Assembly: GCA_903835075.1 (NCBI GenBank)
Contig: CAILLM010000008.1
Location: 25,498 to 89,497, forward strand
DNA length: 64,000 bases
Source: Candidatus Staskawiczbacteria bacterium
GTDB taxonomy: Bacteria; Patescibacteriota; Minisyncoccia; Minisyncoccales; Staskawiczbacteraceae
Reading direction: 5' to 3'
Shown: one piece after another, positions 48,693-57,663 of the stretch
How the letters are laid out: each line of letters starts with the position of its first letter
Numbering within the stretch: the first letter of the stretch is position 1
Notes under the pieces: model-generated
What the model was told of the DNA's origin: nothing
Databases searched by the model: none
The model's input: the letters and a program-made list of their open reading frames with translations, nothing else
Position numbers and translations under genes: made by a program

Positions 48693-49034
48693 TTAAGCTA
48701 ATGATAAAAATATAATTGAAATCAAACCTAATATAATTCCCAAAATTCCAAATGAACTAACTGTTTCTTTAAATATTATTAATCCAATAGAAACAATTCC
48801 TACGTAAAGCATTACTGCCCACATTGCGCCAACAATAGAAAGTTCATTCTTCTGCAAAATTGCCGGCAACCAGAATAGCGTTCCAATTGCATAAACTATT
48901 GATATTATAACAACATACCTCCAGCTTGGGCTCAAGGCAAATTTTTTAGAAAGATAATCTCCATACATAGTAACTAAAACAGACAAAAGCAACCAAACAA
49001 TGTAATTTACCGATGATAATGATTTTAAAATCAT
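48693..49034 (-). CDS. Small multidrug-resistance / DMT-superfamily 4-TM transporter
   Basis: 113 aa, four TM helices, EamA/SMR-like. Confidence 0.5.
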   Translation of the reverse strand: MILKSLSSVNYIVWLLLSVLVTMYGDYLSKKFALSPSWRYVVIISIVYAIGTLFWLPAILQKNELSIVGAMWAVMLYVGIVSIGLIIFKETVSSFGILGIILGLISIIFLSLA

Positions 49035-49038
49035 AAAT

Positions 49039-50433
49039 TTAAAATTTTACAACTTGTATTAAACCGTCTATCTTATCTTCTCCAAATGTTAAAGTATATT
49101 TATATTCTCCATAAGTTTGAACTTCCACTTCAATTGTTACATTCTTCTCTCCAATTTTATAAGAATATGGTGAATTCATTTTATTTCTAAGCATATCAAC
49201 AATAACCTTTTTGTCTATTCTTGCATAAAACTGCCCTTTATTGTTGGCGTGCCTATGAAATACCAACGGGTCAGCCACCAACATTTTAATCGAATCCATA
49301 AATCTGTTCCTCGCCCTATCTCTAATTTCCGCCCACTTTCTATTACTCTCTTCGTTTTTTAATTTTCTTTGCGCAGCAACGTTTACCTCGCCCGACGAGC
49401 TTATTCTCGATTGTAATATTTGCGATTCAGACAGTCTCTTTGCAATACGATTCCAATTATTAAGTGGTTCCCTTCGTAAAATATTTACAATTTCTTCTTT
49501 AGTACTAAAAATTTTTTCCAGTTCACGTATCGCCTTCACTGCATTGAGGACCATTTTCCTGTATTTATCATCACTAACGCCATTTTTCTCATGAAATTTA
49601 TAATTCTTAATCAAAATTGTATCAATTGCATTAAAAGAATATTCCTCGTCAACATCAGCTTCAATATAAAAAGACAGCAATTCGTCGCGAGTGGATCTTT
49701 CTAACTTGGAATCAGTCAAAATTGCATCTATATTTATAACCGAAAATTCTTTATGCTGGATTTCGTGCTTAAGCGTAGACTCAGAATTCATTGATGTGGC
49801 AGTCAAAGGAACACCGTCATAATGATAACTAAGCCCAACTCCAGAAAGATTTCTTTTTATTCCTTTATGATTTTTTTCAACAAATAATTCAAAGTCTACT
49901 TGTTTTTCAAATATAAAATCAAAAGAAAGTGCATTTCTAACAATTTTATACCCACCATGTAACTTTGCTTCTGACAAACGCCAAGCAGAATATCTTTTTA
50001 ACAAGTCTTCGTCGGGGTGCAATGACGCACGCTTGATCACAGAATAATCAGAATCAAAATTACGGAGAATCCGTGTGGCTATTTGGCGATCATCTTCCGT
50101 AAAATCCGGATCATCAAAAAGTTGGTCTATGTGAGCAGTCAATAAAATGCTGGTCAGCGTTCCGCGACTATGTTGCTGTCTTATATATTCAAAAATTCCA
50201 GCCTGCAATTCAGCAATTTTTAATCTTTTCTCGACCAATTTTTCTTTCAGCGACTCCAGCCCTGCCTCTCTTAAATAGCTAGGCAATTTTAATACGTCCG
50301 AAGGTTTTTTAAGTCCTTCAAATTTTAATTCTTGCTCGGGTTCTAGGGGTTCCTGAACAATGGTCATTTCTGCTTCTGCTTCTACTGTGTTATTAGGTGG
50401 CTCCGAACGGTCGCCTGAAATAAATTCATTCAT
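49039..50433 (-). CDS. Hypothetical protein with an HExxH motif
   Basis: 464 aa from the ATG at 50433 (MNEFISGD...); the track start at 50487 is a GTG overlapping recQ. Single HEIQH; no other recognisable domain. GC somewhat elevated. Confidence 0.35.
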   Translation of the reverse strand: MNEFISGDRSEPPNNTVEAEAEMTIVQEPLEPEQELKFEGLKKPSDVLKLPSYLREAGLESLKEKLVEKRLKIAELQAGIFEYIRQQHSRGTLTSILLTAHIDQLFDDPDFTEDDRQIATRILRNFDSDYSVIKRASLHPDEDLLKRYSAWRLSEAKLHGGYKIVRNALSFDFIFEKQVDFELFVEKNHKGIKRNLSGVGLSYHYDGVPLTATSMNSESTLKHEIQHKEFSVINIDAILTDSKLERSTRDELLSFYIEADVDEEYSFNAIDTILIKNYKFHEKNGVSDDKYRKMVLNAVKAIRELEKIFSTKEEIVNILRREPLNNWNRIAKRLSESQILQSRISSSGEVNVAAQRKLKNEESNRKWAEIRDRARNRFMDSIKMLVADPLVFHRHANNKGQFYARIDKKVIVDMLRNKMNSPYSYKIGEKNVTIEVEVQTYGEYKYTLTFGEDKIDGLIQVVKF

Positions 50434-50464
50434 ATTAGATTCAAAATAATATTTATTGATTATA

Positions 50465-51970
50465 CTACAAATTCTCCGTATGGTCACGGATAACTTTCAT
50501 AAATTGCCTGCCAAATTGCTCTAGTTTACGGTCGGCTACGCCGTAAATTTCCAAAAAATCTTCTGGGGTTTCTGGCATATCTTTGGCCATTTGGATTAAA
50601 GCTCTATCGCCAAAAACTACATAGGGTGGCACGTGCAGACGTTGCGCTTCTTGAGTTCTTAATATTTTTAATTTTTCAAACAATGTTTTATCATAATCTT
50701 CATTTTCAATATCAACTTGTTGCGCCAATGTATTTTTTACTCCACTAAGAAAAGAAGGCAATCCTGAATTACTGTTAGTCGCAGACTTTCCCACGCATTT
50801 ATCACAATTCCCGCAATTTTCTTCTTGGTAATCTTCATTGAAATAATTAAGCAAAAATTTACGCCGACAGCTGTTTAAATTTCCATAATTTAAAACCTGA
50901 TTAAGATTTTCCTGAGCCTTTTCCCGTTCATCATAGTCTTTGATATTATTTATGAAATAATCCTGCTTAAATTTATCAGCATATGAAAAAAATAAAACGC
51001 ATTTAGCCGGCAACCCATCTCTTCCCGCACGTCCGGTCTCCTGATAATAACCTTCAATAGATTTTGGCAAACTGTGATGAATAACCAGTCTCACATCGGG
51101 TTTATCTATTCCCATCCCAAAAGCAATTGTGGCAACAATAATGCCAACTTCGTCCTTAATAAATTTTTCCTGATTTTCTTTTCTAGTTTTGGCATTCAAC
51201 CCAGCGTGGTAAGCAGCGGCACTAAAACCATAACTTTTTAATTTACCCACCATTGCTTCGGTATCATTACGCGAAAAGCAATAAATAATTATACTGGAAT
51301 TTTTATGCTCGCGCACAAGATTTAAAATTGAAGCAAAAGAATCTTTTTTAGGCAACACTTCATAGCTTAAATTCGGGCGATTAAAACTGGAAATAAACAT
51401 TTTGGGATTTTCAAGTGAAAGCTGTTTTACAATATCTACCCGCACTTCTTCGGTAGCGGTGGCTGTTAGTGCAATAATCGGAACGCCGGGAAAATTTTCG
51501 CGCAACACTGTTAAATTGCGATATTCTGGTCTAAAATCATGCCCCCATTGCGAGATACAATGGGCCTCGTCAATTGCAATAACGTTAATGCAAAGAGCAT
51601 GTAAAAAATCTTCAAATCCAGGAACGCCAAGTCTTTCGGGAGCTATATAAATAATTTTTAATTTTCCAGTACTCGCACGTTCCATAACTTCCGCATTTTT
51701 TTGGGGTGTAAGACTGCTGTTAATAAAATCAGCCGAAATACCATTCGCAACAAGTGAATCCACCTGGTCTTTCATTAACGAAATAAGAGGAGAAATTACA
51801 ATTGCAACGCCTTCTAAAATCAAGGCCGGCAACTGAAAACACAAAGATTTTCCGCCTCCCGTGGGCATCAAAACCACAGAGTCATTCCCCATCAACACCC
51901 TTTCAATAATTTCTTTTTGTAACGGCCGAAATGTTTCGTATCCAAAATATTTTTTTAATATATTTTCCAT
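50465..51970 (-). CDS. recQ: ATP-dependent DNA helicase RecQ
   Basis: DEAH box (DEAHCISQWGHDFRPEY), helicase motifs I-VI, zinc-binding RQC Cys cluster and C-terminal HRDC-like region. ATG at 51970; the track start at 52006 is a TTG. Confidence 0.9.
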   Translation of the reverse strand: MENILKKYFGYETFRPLQKEIIERVLMGNDSVVLMPTGGGKSLCFQLPALILEGVAIVISPLISLMKDQVDSLVANGISADFINSSLTPQKNAEVMERASTGKLKIIYIAPERLGVPGFEDFLHALCINVIAIDEAHCISQWGHDFRPEYRNLTVLRENFPGVPIIALTATATEEVRVDIVKQLSLENPKMFISSFNRPNLSYEVLPKKDSFASILNLVREHKNSSIIIYCFSRNDTEAMVGKLKSYGFSAAAYHAGLNAKTRKENQEKFIKDEVGIIVATIAFGMGIDKPDVRLVIHHSLPKSIEGYYQETGRAGRDGLPAKCVLFFSYADKFKQDYFINNIKDYDEREKAQENLNQVLNYGNLNSCRRKFLLNYFNEDYQEENCGNCDKCVGKSATNSNSGLPSFLSGVKNTLAQQVDIENEDYDKTLFEKLKILRTQEAQRLHVPPYVVFGDRALIQMAKDMPETPEDFLEIYGVADRKLEQFGRQFMKVIRDHTENL

Positions 51971-52024
51971 AAAGTTATTGTAACAAAAAAATTGCCGAAA
52001 AGGCAATTTTTTATAAATAGGCAG

Positions 52025-52372
52025 TTATTTTATCAAATAATTCAGAGTTGGCACAATGGAATTACGACCTGCGAGACACTCCTTAATAAGATATTCCTCT
52101 CCCGTATCCTTAAAAATATAAAGCCAATCATAAGCATGTGGCTTTGTCTTTTTTACTACATAACCCTTTGAATTAGAATGAATTCTTCTTAGGGCGACTT
52201 CTTTTGTACTACTATATCTAACCTGCACTTTATTTAATTTTTTACCCACATCAACAACCAAATCATATGAAGCAGACTCCGTAACAGGTATTGAAACGTC
52301 GAAGCCCATTTTTGTAAATCTTGCGATTGCCTGTGCAACCGCTATGTCGCCCTTTCTTTGTGTAGTTCTCAT
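52025..52372 (-). CDS. Small PD-(D/E)XK-like (Hjc/YraN-like) nuclease-fold protein, possibly catalytically degenerate
   Basis: KGDIAVAQAIARFTKMGFDVSIPVTESASYDLVV...KVQVRY follows the Hjc/YraN core pattern but has Q/R in place of the E-x-K residues. A hairpin terminator (ATTGCCgaaaaGGCAAT) lies just downstream at 51987-52012. Confidence 0.3.
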   Translation of the reverse strand: MRTTQRKGDIAVAQAIARFTKMGFDVSIPVTESASYDLVVDVGKKLNKVQVRYSSTKEVALRRIHSNSKGYVVKKTKPHAYDWLYIFKDTGEEYLIKECLAGRNSIVPTLNYLIK

Positions 52373-52464
52373 TAGCTTAATTATAAACGGTATGCAATAC
52401 TGGTGTCAATAATGTTTTCATGAATTGACTTCAAGCTATTTTAGGGTTAGAATAAAAGTCAATT

Positions 52465-52552
52465 GGAGGAGTCGCATAGCGGCTATTGCACTTGTCTTGA
52501 AAACAAGAATCCTTTACGGGATTCGTGGGTTCGAGTCCCACCTCCTCCGCCA
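52465..52552 (+). tRNA. tRNA-Ser (anticodon TGA), class II, CCA encoded
   Basis: Acceptor GGAGGAG/CTCCTCC, anticodon loop CTTGAAA, long variable arm AATCCTTTACGGGATT, T-arm GTGGGTTCGAGTCCCAC, discriminator G then CCA. Confidence 0.8.
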
Positions 52553-52571
52553 AGACAATACAATTTAATAT

Positions 52572-52655
52572 GGAGGAGTCGTATAATGGTTATTACAAGA
52601 GATTGCTAATCTCTGCCCCGTAAGGGGCTTGTGGGTTCGAGTCCCACCTCCTCCG
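52572..52655 (+). tRNA. tRNA-Ser (anticodon GCT), class II
   Basis: Same acceptor and T-arm as the preceding tRNA. Anticodon stem AGAGA/TCTCT, loop TTGCTAA; variable arm GCCCCGTAAGGGGC. Confidence 0.8.
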
Positions 52656-52681
52656 CCGACAATCTCTCGTCGCAAACTTAA

Positions 52682-52753
52682 GTCCCCGTAGCTCAATGGA
52701 TAGAGCGCAACCCTGCGAAGGTTGAAATGCAGGTTCAACTCCTACCGGGGACA
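52682..52753 (+). tRNA. tRNA-Arg, anticodon reads GCG (unusual for bacterial tRNA-Arg); one C-A mismatch in the T-stem
   Basis: Acceptor GTCCCCG/CGGGGAC, D-arm TAGCTCAATGGATAGAGC, anticodon stem CAACC/GGTTG, loop CTGCGAA, 4-nt variable loop, T-loop TTCAACT, discriminator A. Confidence 0.6.
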
Positions 52754-52763
52754 CATCAAAAAT

Positions 52764-53510
52764 ATGAACTCAAAAAAAAGAACATCCTTAATTATAATTT
52801 TAGTTTTGTTAGCTGGGGTTGGAGTAGCTAGTTATTTTTATTTTAATGTACCAAATTTATCAAAAAAATCTACTCCTAGTCAGCTTACAAAAATAACTAT
52901 TCAGGATAAAACAATAAACGACAATACAAATCCATTTGTTATAAAAATTACTTATCCAGAAATTGCAGGACTAACTGACTTCAACCAAAAAGCAAAAGCA
53001 ATTGTTGATAAAGAAATTTTAGATTTTAAAAAAAACTCTTTAGCGAATGATGCAGCAGTAAAAGCAACAGATCCCACCGGCTACGCACAGTTTCCAAGAC
53101 AATACGAACTAGATATTAGCTATGATAAGGGCGAAATAGACAACAATATTACAAGTGTTGTTTTTAATATTTATAATTTTGAAGGCGGAGCTCATGGAGC
53201 AAGCTATTTTATTCCGTTAAATTACGACATAAAAAATAAAAAACAAATGGTGCTTGATGATTTATTCCCTAACCAGCTAAATTTCTTACAAAAAATTTCT
53301 GACTACTGCATCAAAGATTTAGAAAAACAAATGGTTGCTAATGGATCAATAGACATGTCAGATAACTCTTGGATACAAGAAGGAGCTGGACCCAAGGGAG
53401 AAAATTATAGAAGTTTTTTAATCAATAAAAATAATATTATTTTCTATTTCCAACAATACCAAGTAGCGGCTGGAGCTGCCGGAGACTTTAAAGTCACAAT
53501 GCCCCGCTAA
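52764..53510 (+). CDS. DUF3298/DUF4163 (RsiV/PdaC-like) domain protein, membrane-anchored
   Basis: N-terminal TM after the ATG at 52764 (the track start at 52722 overlaps tRNA-Arg). Central DISYDKGEIDNNITSVVFNIYNFEGGAHGASYF segment typical of DUF3298. Confidence 0.45.
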   Translation: MNSKKRTSLIIILVLLAGVGVASYFYFNVPNLSKKSTPSQLTKITIQDKTINDNTNPFVIKITYPEIAGLTDFNQKAKAIVDKEILDFKKNSLANDAAVKATDPTGYAQFPRQYELDISYDKGEIDNNITSVVFNIYNFEGGAHGASYFIPLNYDIKNKKQMVLDDLFPNQLNFLQKISDYCIKDLEKQMVANGSIDMSDNSWIQEGAGPKGENYRSFLINKNNIIFYFQQYQVAAGAAGDFKVTMPR

Positions 53511-53529
53511 CAAAATCCGCGTGCAAACA

Positions 53530-53562
53530 AAAATCCGCTTTTTATATAGCGGATTTTTATTA
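53530..53562. terminator. Bidirectional terminator (ATCCGCTttttatatAGCGGAT plus T-run)
   Basis: Read directly, between convergent genes. Confidence 0.65.
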
Positions 53563-53564
53563 GT

Positions 53565-54239
53565 TTAATTCTTTTTGTCAAGCCTACCCCCAGGTTTTTT
53601 TTCATCTTGTTTTCGATCTAAGATGCCCACCTCCTTGGAAGGTTCCATAATAGGAGCAGGCGGTTCAAATAGTTTTGTTTTTTGAAATCTTGCGATAAAA
53701 TCCTGCTGTTCTCTATTTGCCTTAGTTGCGGCCTCCATTTCTAATTTTTGTTTCTCCACTCCAGCTATCCAAGCATCTGAGGATTTCTTTTCAAGAACTT
53801 TTATTTCCCGTTGATTGTCAATGCCAGTAACATAATCTAAAAACCCAACAAAACCAGTAGTATGCTTCTTGCCAGAAAACAAAGATCCTAATCTAGTAAA
53901 TATATTATTCTTAAGAGGGTTGCTCAACTTCTTTATCTCCGCTTCAAGTTCTTCATAACTCCGCCCATCTGAATCTTGTGATTCTTGATGCATACTCTCG
54001 GTAACCTCACGAGGCGCAGTAGAGGGCTCAGTAATTCCTGCTTTTAACGATGCTATTTGTTGCTCTACTTCAGCATCTTGTGTTTCTTTATCAGGTGCTT
54101 TTCGCTTTCCAAATCTTACGTCCTTCACTGCACGACCTTCAGCCTGCGCAGCTAACCCCATTAAAGCCTCTGACACCTCTTTTTGCTCTGGAGTTTCTGC
54201 TGCTTCTTCAGGGGTAACTAATTTTTCTGTTTTTACCAT
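53565..54239 (-). CDS. Acidic hypothetical protein (coiled-coil-like), GC-elevated
   Basis: 224 aa, Glu/Gln/Ala-rich. Shares a duplicated promoter module with the 54502 gene. Confidence 0.35.
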   Translation of the reverse strand: MVKTEKLVTPEEAAETPEQKEVSEALMGLAAQAEGRAVKDVRFGKRKAPDKETQDAEVEQQIASLKAGITEPSTAPREVTESMHQESQDSDGRSYEELEAEIKKLSNPLKNNIFTRLGSLFSGKKHTTGFVGFLDYVTGIDNQREIKVLEKKSSDAWIAGVEKQKLEMEAATKANREQQDFIARFQKTKLFEPPAPIMEPSKEVGILDRKQDEKKPGGRLDKKN

Positions 54240-54240
54240 A

Positions 54241-54300
54241 TTTTTAAAATTTAATTATTTTTATTTAATTCTATACCCACCAAAATAAAAGTCAATAATT
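54241..54300 (-). promoter_or_regulatory. Promoter module copy A (minus strand TTGACT-N16-TAGAAT, then ~30-nt AT-rich leader) upstream of 53565..54239
   Basis: The ~60-bp segment atttttaaaatttaattatttttatttaa..t.tat.cc..ccaaaataaaagtcaataatttt is nearly identical to 54795-54860. Confidence 0.5.
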
Positions 54301-54308
54301 TTATTATT

Positions 54309-54389
54309 TTGGTTACTCCAGGTTAACATATGTTAACCTGATTTTTTAGTTCTTTCATTCTTTTATACTTTTTCACGTGACGTGAAAAA
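54309..54389. promoter_or_regulatory. Two perfect palindromes, CAGGTTAACATATGTTAACCTG (54309-54330) and TTTTTCACGTGACGTGAAAAA (54369-54389), upstream of promoter copy A; candidate operator sites
   Basis: Exact dyad symmetry, 22 and 21 bp. Confidence 0.4.
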
Positions 54390-54461
54390 ACATACCACAT
54401 CATATTTTCAGCGATAGCGTAAATTATGATGCTACTAAATAAACAATTTAAAACACAAAAA

Positions 54462-54496
54462 ATCCGTCCTAAATTTATTGCAGGACGGATTTTTTA
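54462..54496 (-). terminator. Terminator downstream of 54502..54792 (AATCCGTCCT...AGGACGGATT plus T-run)
   Basis: 10-bp stem. Confidence 0.6.
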
Positions 54497-54501
54497 TTAA
54501 A

Positions 54502-54792
54502 TTAATTATTTTTTTCTACTGGGTTCCTTCCATTCAATTCGTCTATATACTTTTTTTGCTCGGCCGTTAATTCTGCAATACGATTTTCCGCTTCACGCAC
54601 GCTCGCCTCTGCTAGTGCTATGTCTTCTGCCGTTGAAGAATTCTTTGCACTAACAACCCTTAAATAGCTTTTTAAATCTTCTACATCAATCCCCTGTATT
54701 TCATAAAAAAACTCGTTGGCTTTTTCAGCTAATTCTCTTTCGCTTAGAGTAGTTAAGTCTTCTATGATAGGCTCTCCTGATTCTTGTAACAT
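54502..54792 (-). CDS. Small acidic hypothetical protein
   Basis: 96 aa. Same promoter module as 53565..54239. Confidence 0.35.
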   Translation of the reverse strand: MLQESGEPIIEDLTTLSERELAEKANEFFYEIQGIDVEDLKSYLRVVSAKNSSTAEDIALAEASVREAENRIAELTAEQKKYIDELNGRNPVEKNN

Positions 54793-54794
54793 AT

Positions 54795-54860
54795 TTTTAA
54801 AATTTAATTATTTTTATTTAAGTTTATGCCTGCCAAAATAAAAGTCAATAATTTTTGTTT
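54795..54860 (-). promoter_or_regulatory. Promoter module copy B (minus strand TTGACT-N16-TAAACT) upstream of 54502..54792
   Basis: Near-identical duplicate of 54241-54300. Confidence 0.5.
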
Positions 54861-54893
54861 ACATTGAGCCTGCCGAAATGATAATATAAACAC

Positions 54894-57158
54894 ATGATTA
54901 CATTGGCGACCAAGATAGAGGAAATTCCTAAAGTTGGCGTAGCTTACGCAAAAAAGTTAAAGAAGTTTGGCATAAAAACTGTGCAGGATTTGCTTTTTTA
55001 TTTTCCTGCGCGATACGACGACTTTTCAGAAATAATTTCAATTAAAGAAGCCAAGCAAAGATTGGGTGAAACTGTTTGCGTGCAAGGGCAAATTATCCAA
55101 ATGGAGAGCTCTAACTCTTTTAGAAAATTTATGAGTTTAACGCAAGTCATTATTCAGGATGACACTGGAGAAATTGGCATTATTTGGTACAATCAGCCTT
55201 ATTTAGCAAAGTCTTTAAAAGAAGATGATTTTATTTGCGTGGCAGGGAAAATAAGCTTAGGCAAAGAAGGCATTTATTTTGCTTCACCAACTTATGAACG
55301 CATAAATTATATTGGCGAAAACGAAGAACTAACTCACACAGGCCGAATTGTACCGGTTTATGCCGAAACCCGCGGCGTTACTTCCCGCTGGTTGCGATAT
55401 GTTATAAAACCATTGCTTTACAGGTTTTGTGAACAAATACAAGAATCTTTACCAAAAGAAATAATTAAAAAATACAAATTTTTGCCAATTCAGGAAGCTG
55501 TTTGGCAACTGCATTTTCCAGAATCTTTTGAACATGCCGATGCTGCCAAAGCAAGATTTTCTTTTGAAGAACTTTTTTTAATCCAGCTGAATGTTTTAAA
55601 AGAAAAAATTAAATTAATGGTAAAAAAAGCACATGCTTGCCCAATGGACAATGATTTGCTTAAAAAATTTACCGATTCTTTACCGTTTCAACTAACAGAT
55701 TCTCAAAAAAAATGCGCCTATGCAATTTTAAAGGATTTAGAAAAAACTGTTCCAATGTCGCGGTTGCTTGAAGGCGATGTTGGAAGTGGCAAAACAGTTG
55801 TAGCGGCAATGGCCGCGCTAAACGTAGTCAAAAGCGGGCATGCCGCCTCCGCCAAAGGCTACGGCGAGCCAAGGCAAGTAGCTTTTATGGCTCCAACGGA
55901 AATTTTGGCAAAACAACATTTTAAGTCGATTTCTGAAATGGTAAAACCGTTTGGGGTTACAACCGGCATGTTAACTGGGAAAGATGCTAGAATTTGCAGA
56001 AGCGGAGAAGTCTTTGAGGTTTCCAAAAAAAGTTTACTGGGTGATTTGGAGAATGGCCAGATTGATATTATTATCGGAACTCACTCACTGATACAAAAAG
56101 GAGTAGAATTTTCCCGCCAGGGGCGGGATCCCGCTGGGGCGGGAAAAGATTTGGCTTTAGTAATTTTAGACGAGCAACATCGGTTTGGCGTGGAACAGCG
56201 TGACCACTTAATAAAAAATAAAAAGATTGTCCCCCATTTGCTTTCAATGACCGCCACCCCAATTCCAAGAACTTTGGCTTTAACTGCTTATGGTGATTTA
56301 GATTTATCTTTGATTGATGAAATGCCTGCCAACAGAAAAAAAGTTAAAACAATTATTGTTGAACCACAACAGAGAAAACAAGCTTATGAGTTTATAAAAA
56401 AAGAAGTTTCCGAAGGCAAGGGCGTTTTTGTTATTTTTCCTAAAATAGAAAGCGCTGCTTCAAAACTTGCTGAAACAATTAAAGAAAAAGGCCCAATTAC
56501 AGGGTCAGCAGGATTTGCTGTACAAAATTACCCTACTGCCCCACTTTCTTTGTCATCTTTGGCCATAAACGAAGTTAAATCCTTAAAGGAAGAATACGAA
56601 AGATTGTCAAAAGAAGTTTTCCCGGATTTACGAATTACAATGCTTCACGGAAAAATGAAAGCCCCCGAAAAGGAACGCATTATGTTAGATTTTAAAAAAG
56701 GTGAGATTGATATTTTGCTTTCCACTTCAGTTGTTGAAGTTGGAGTTGATGTTCCCCGCGCCACTATAATGATGATTGAGGGAGCCGAACGTTTTGGGCT
56801 TTCACAACTTCACCAATTCCGCGGACGCGTTGGCCGAAGTGACATGCAATCTTATTGCTTTTTGTTCACCACAGACCCAAGTATGTTAAACAGAAAACGG
56901 TTAAAAGCATTGGTGGAGTCTAACAATGGTTTTGAATTAGCAGAAAAAGATTTGGAAATTAGGGGCCCGGGCAGTTTATATGGCACACAGCAATGGGGAA
57001 TTCCCGACATGGCAATGCAAGGTTTAAATAATATATTTTTGGTTGAAAAAACGCGAGCAGCTGCAAAAGAAATTTTAGAAAAAGATCCAAAACTAGAAAA
57101 GTACCCCGAGCTAAAAGAGCGCCTAAAAGAATTCCAAAAAAGAATTCACTTTGAATAA
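54894..57158 (+). CDS. recG: ATP-dependent DNA helicase RecG
   Basis: N-terminal wedge domain, helicase motifs (GDVGSGKT, DEQHRFG, C-terminal RecG motifs). Contains an in-frame GC-rich nested palindrome at 56109-56147 encoding FSRQGRDPAGAGKD. Confidence 0.9.
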   Translation: MITLATKIEEIPKVGVAYAKKLKKFGIKTVQDLLFYFPARYDDFSEIISIKEAKQRLGETVCVQGQIIQMESSNSFRKFMSLTQVIIQDDTGEIGIIWYNQPYLAKSLKEDDFICVAGKISLGKEGIYFASPTYERINYIGENEELTHTGRIVPVYAETRGVTSRWLRYVIKPLLYRFCEQIQESLPKEIIKKYKFLPIQEAVWQLHFPESFEHADAAKARFSFEELFLIQLNVLKEKIKLMVKKAHACPMDNDLLKKFTDSLPFQLTDSQKKCAYAILKDLEKTVPMSRLLEGDVGSGKTVVAAMAALNVVKSGHAASAKGYGEPRQVAFMAPTEILAKQHFKSISEMVKPFGVTTGMLTGKDARICRSGEVFEVSKKSLLGDLENGQIDIIIGTHSLIQKGVEFSRQGRDPAGAGKDLALVILDEQHRFGVEQRDHLIKNKKIVPHLLSMTATPIPRTLALTAYGDLDLSLIDEMPANRKKVKTIIVEPQQRKQAYEFIKKEVSEGKGVFVIFPKIESAASKLAETIKEKGPITGSAGFAVQNYPTAPLSLSSLAINEVKSLKEEYERLSKEVFPDLRITMLHGKMKAPEKERIMLDFKKGEIDILLSTSVVEVGVDVPRATIMMIEGAERFGLSQLHQFRGRVGRSDMQSYCFLFTTDPSMLNRKRLKALVESNNGFELAEKDLEIRGPGSLYGTQQWGIPDMAMQGLNNIFLVEKTRAAAKEILEKDPKLEKYPELKERLKEFQKRIHFE

Positions 57159-57215
57159 TTTATAGACTACGCTTACACTGACTTTTCTCCAAACGTTACG
57201 CGTTTTGTAAGGAAC

Positions 57216-57246
57216 AAAAAAACCGCCGAAGGGCGGTTTTTTTAAT
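57216..57246. terminator. Bidirectional terminator (AAAAAAACCGCCgaagGGCGGTTTTTTT) after recG; also closes the minus-strand GC-rich island transcript
   Basis: Perfect 6-bp GC stem with A/T runs on both sides. Confidence 0.8.
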
Positions 57247-57411
57247 TTCAACTATGAATTCGCCAGTGTAGAACTGATGCGCTCAAGTGTTGGGAGAACT
57301 TATCGCGTTCTCCATGTTTTGTGGCAAGCCACACGTCGGATTGGTTACCGAAGGTATTCGAGAATATGGTCTCAATACCTATGTCGCCTTTACAAAAGAC
57401 GAAAAACGAAT

Positions 57412-57663
57412 TCAGTTATTCAGTGGCAACCCAGCCATTGGACCGCTCAAGATCTGGGCGACGACAGTGCCGTCATCCAGCCTGACGGCCAGATTGTTCC
57501 AATCATACGGCGGCGCGGACGGCATGCTGCCATCCGCCCGGGGATACGGCGTGTGGGAGCTAACCCACATGGCACCTTCGGGCTGGGAGGTGGGGTTGCA
57601 GAGCCATGTGTTCATGCCATCGGTGATAAGGTTCGGACCAATTCGTTTCATTGTGGTTTTCAT
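57412..57663 (-). CDS. Small ORF (83 aa) with ~75% GC at third codon positions inside a GC-rich island; coding status uncertain (the region could instead be a structured RNA)
   Basis: ATG at 57663 ... TGA at 57412. It sits between a consensus promoter (57879-57907) and the terminator at 57216-57246. Two other frames on the opposite strand are also open, which GC-rich DNA can produce by chance. Confidence 0.3.
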   Translation of the reverse strand: MKTTMKRIGPNLITDGMNTWLCNPTSQPEGAMWVSSHTPYPRADGSMPSAPPYDWNNLAVRLDDGTVVAQILSGPMAGLPLNN

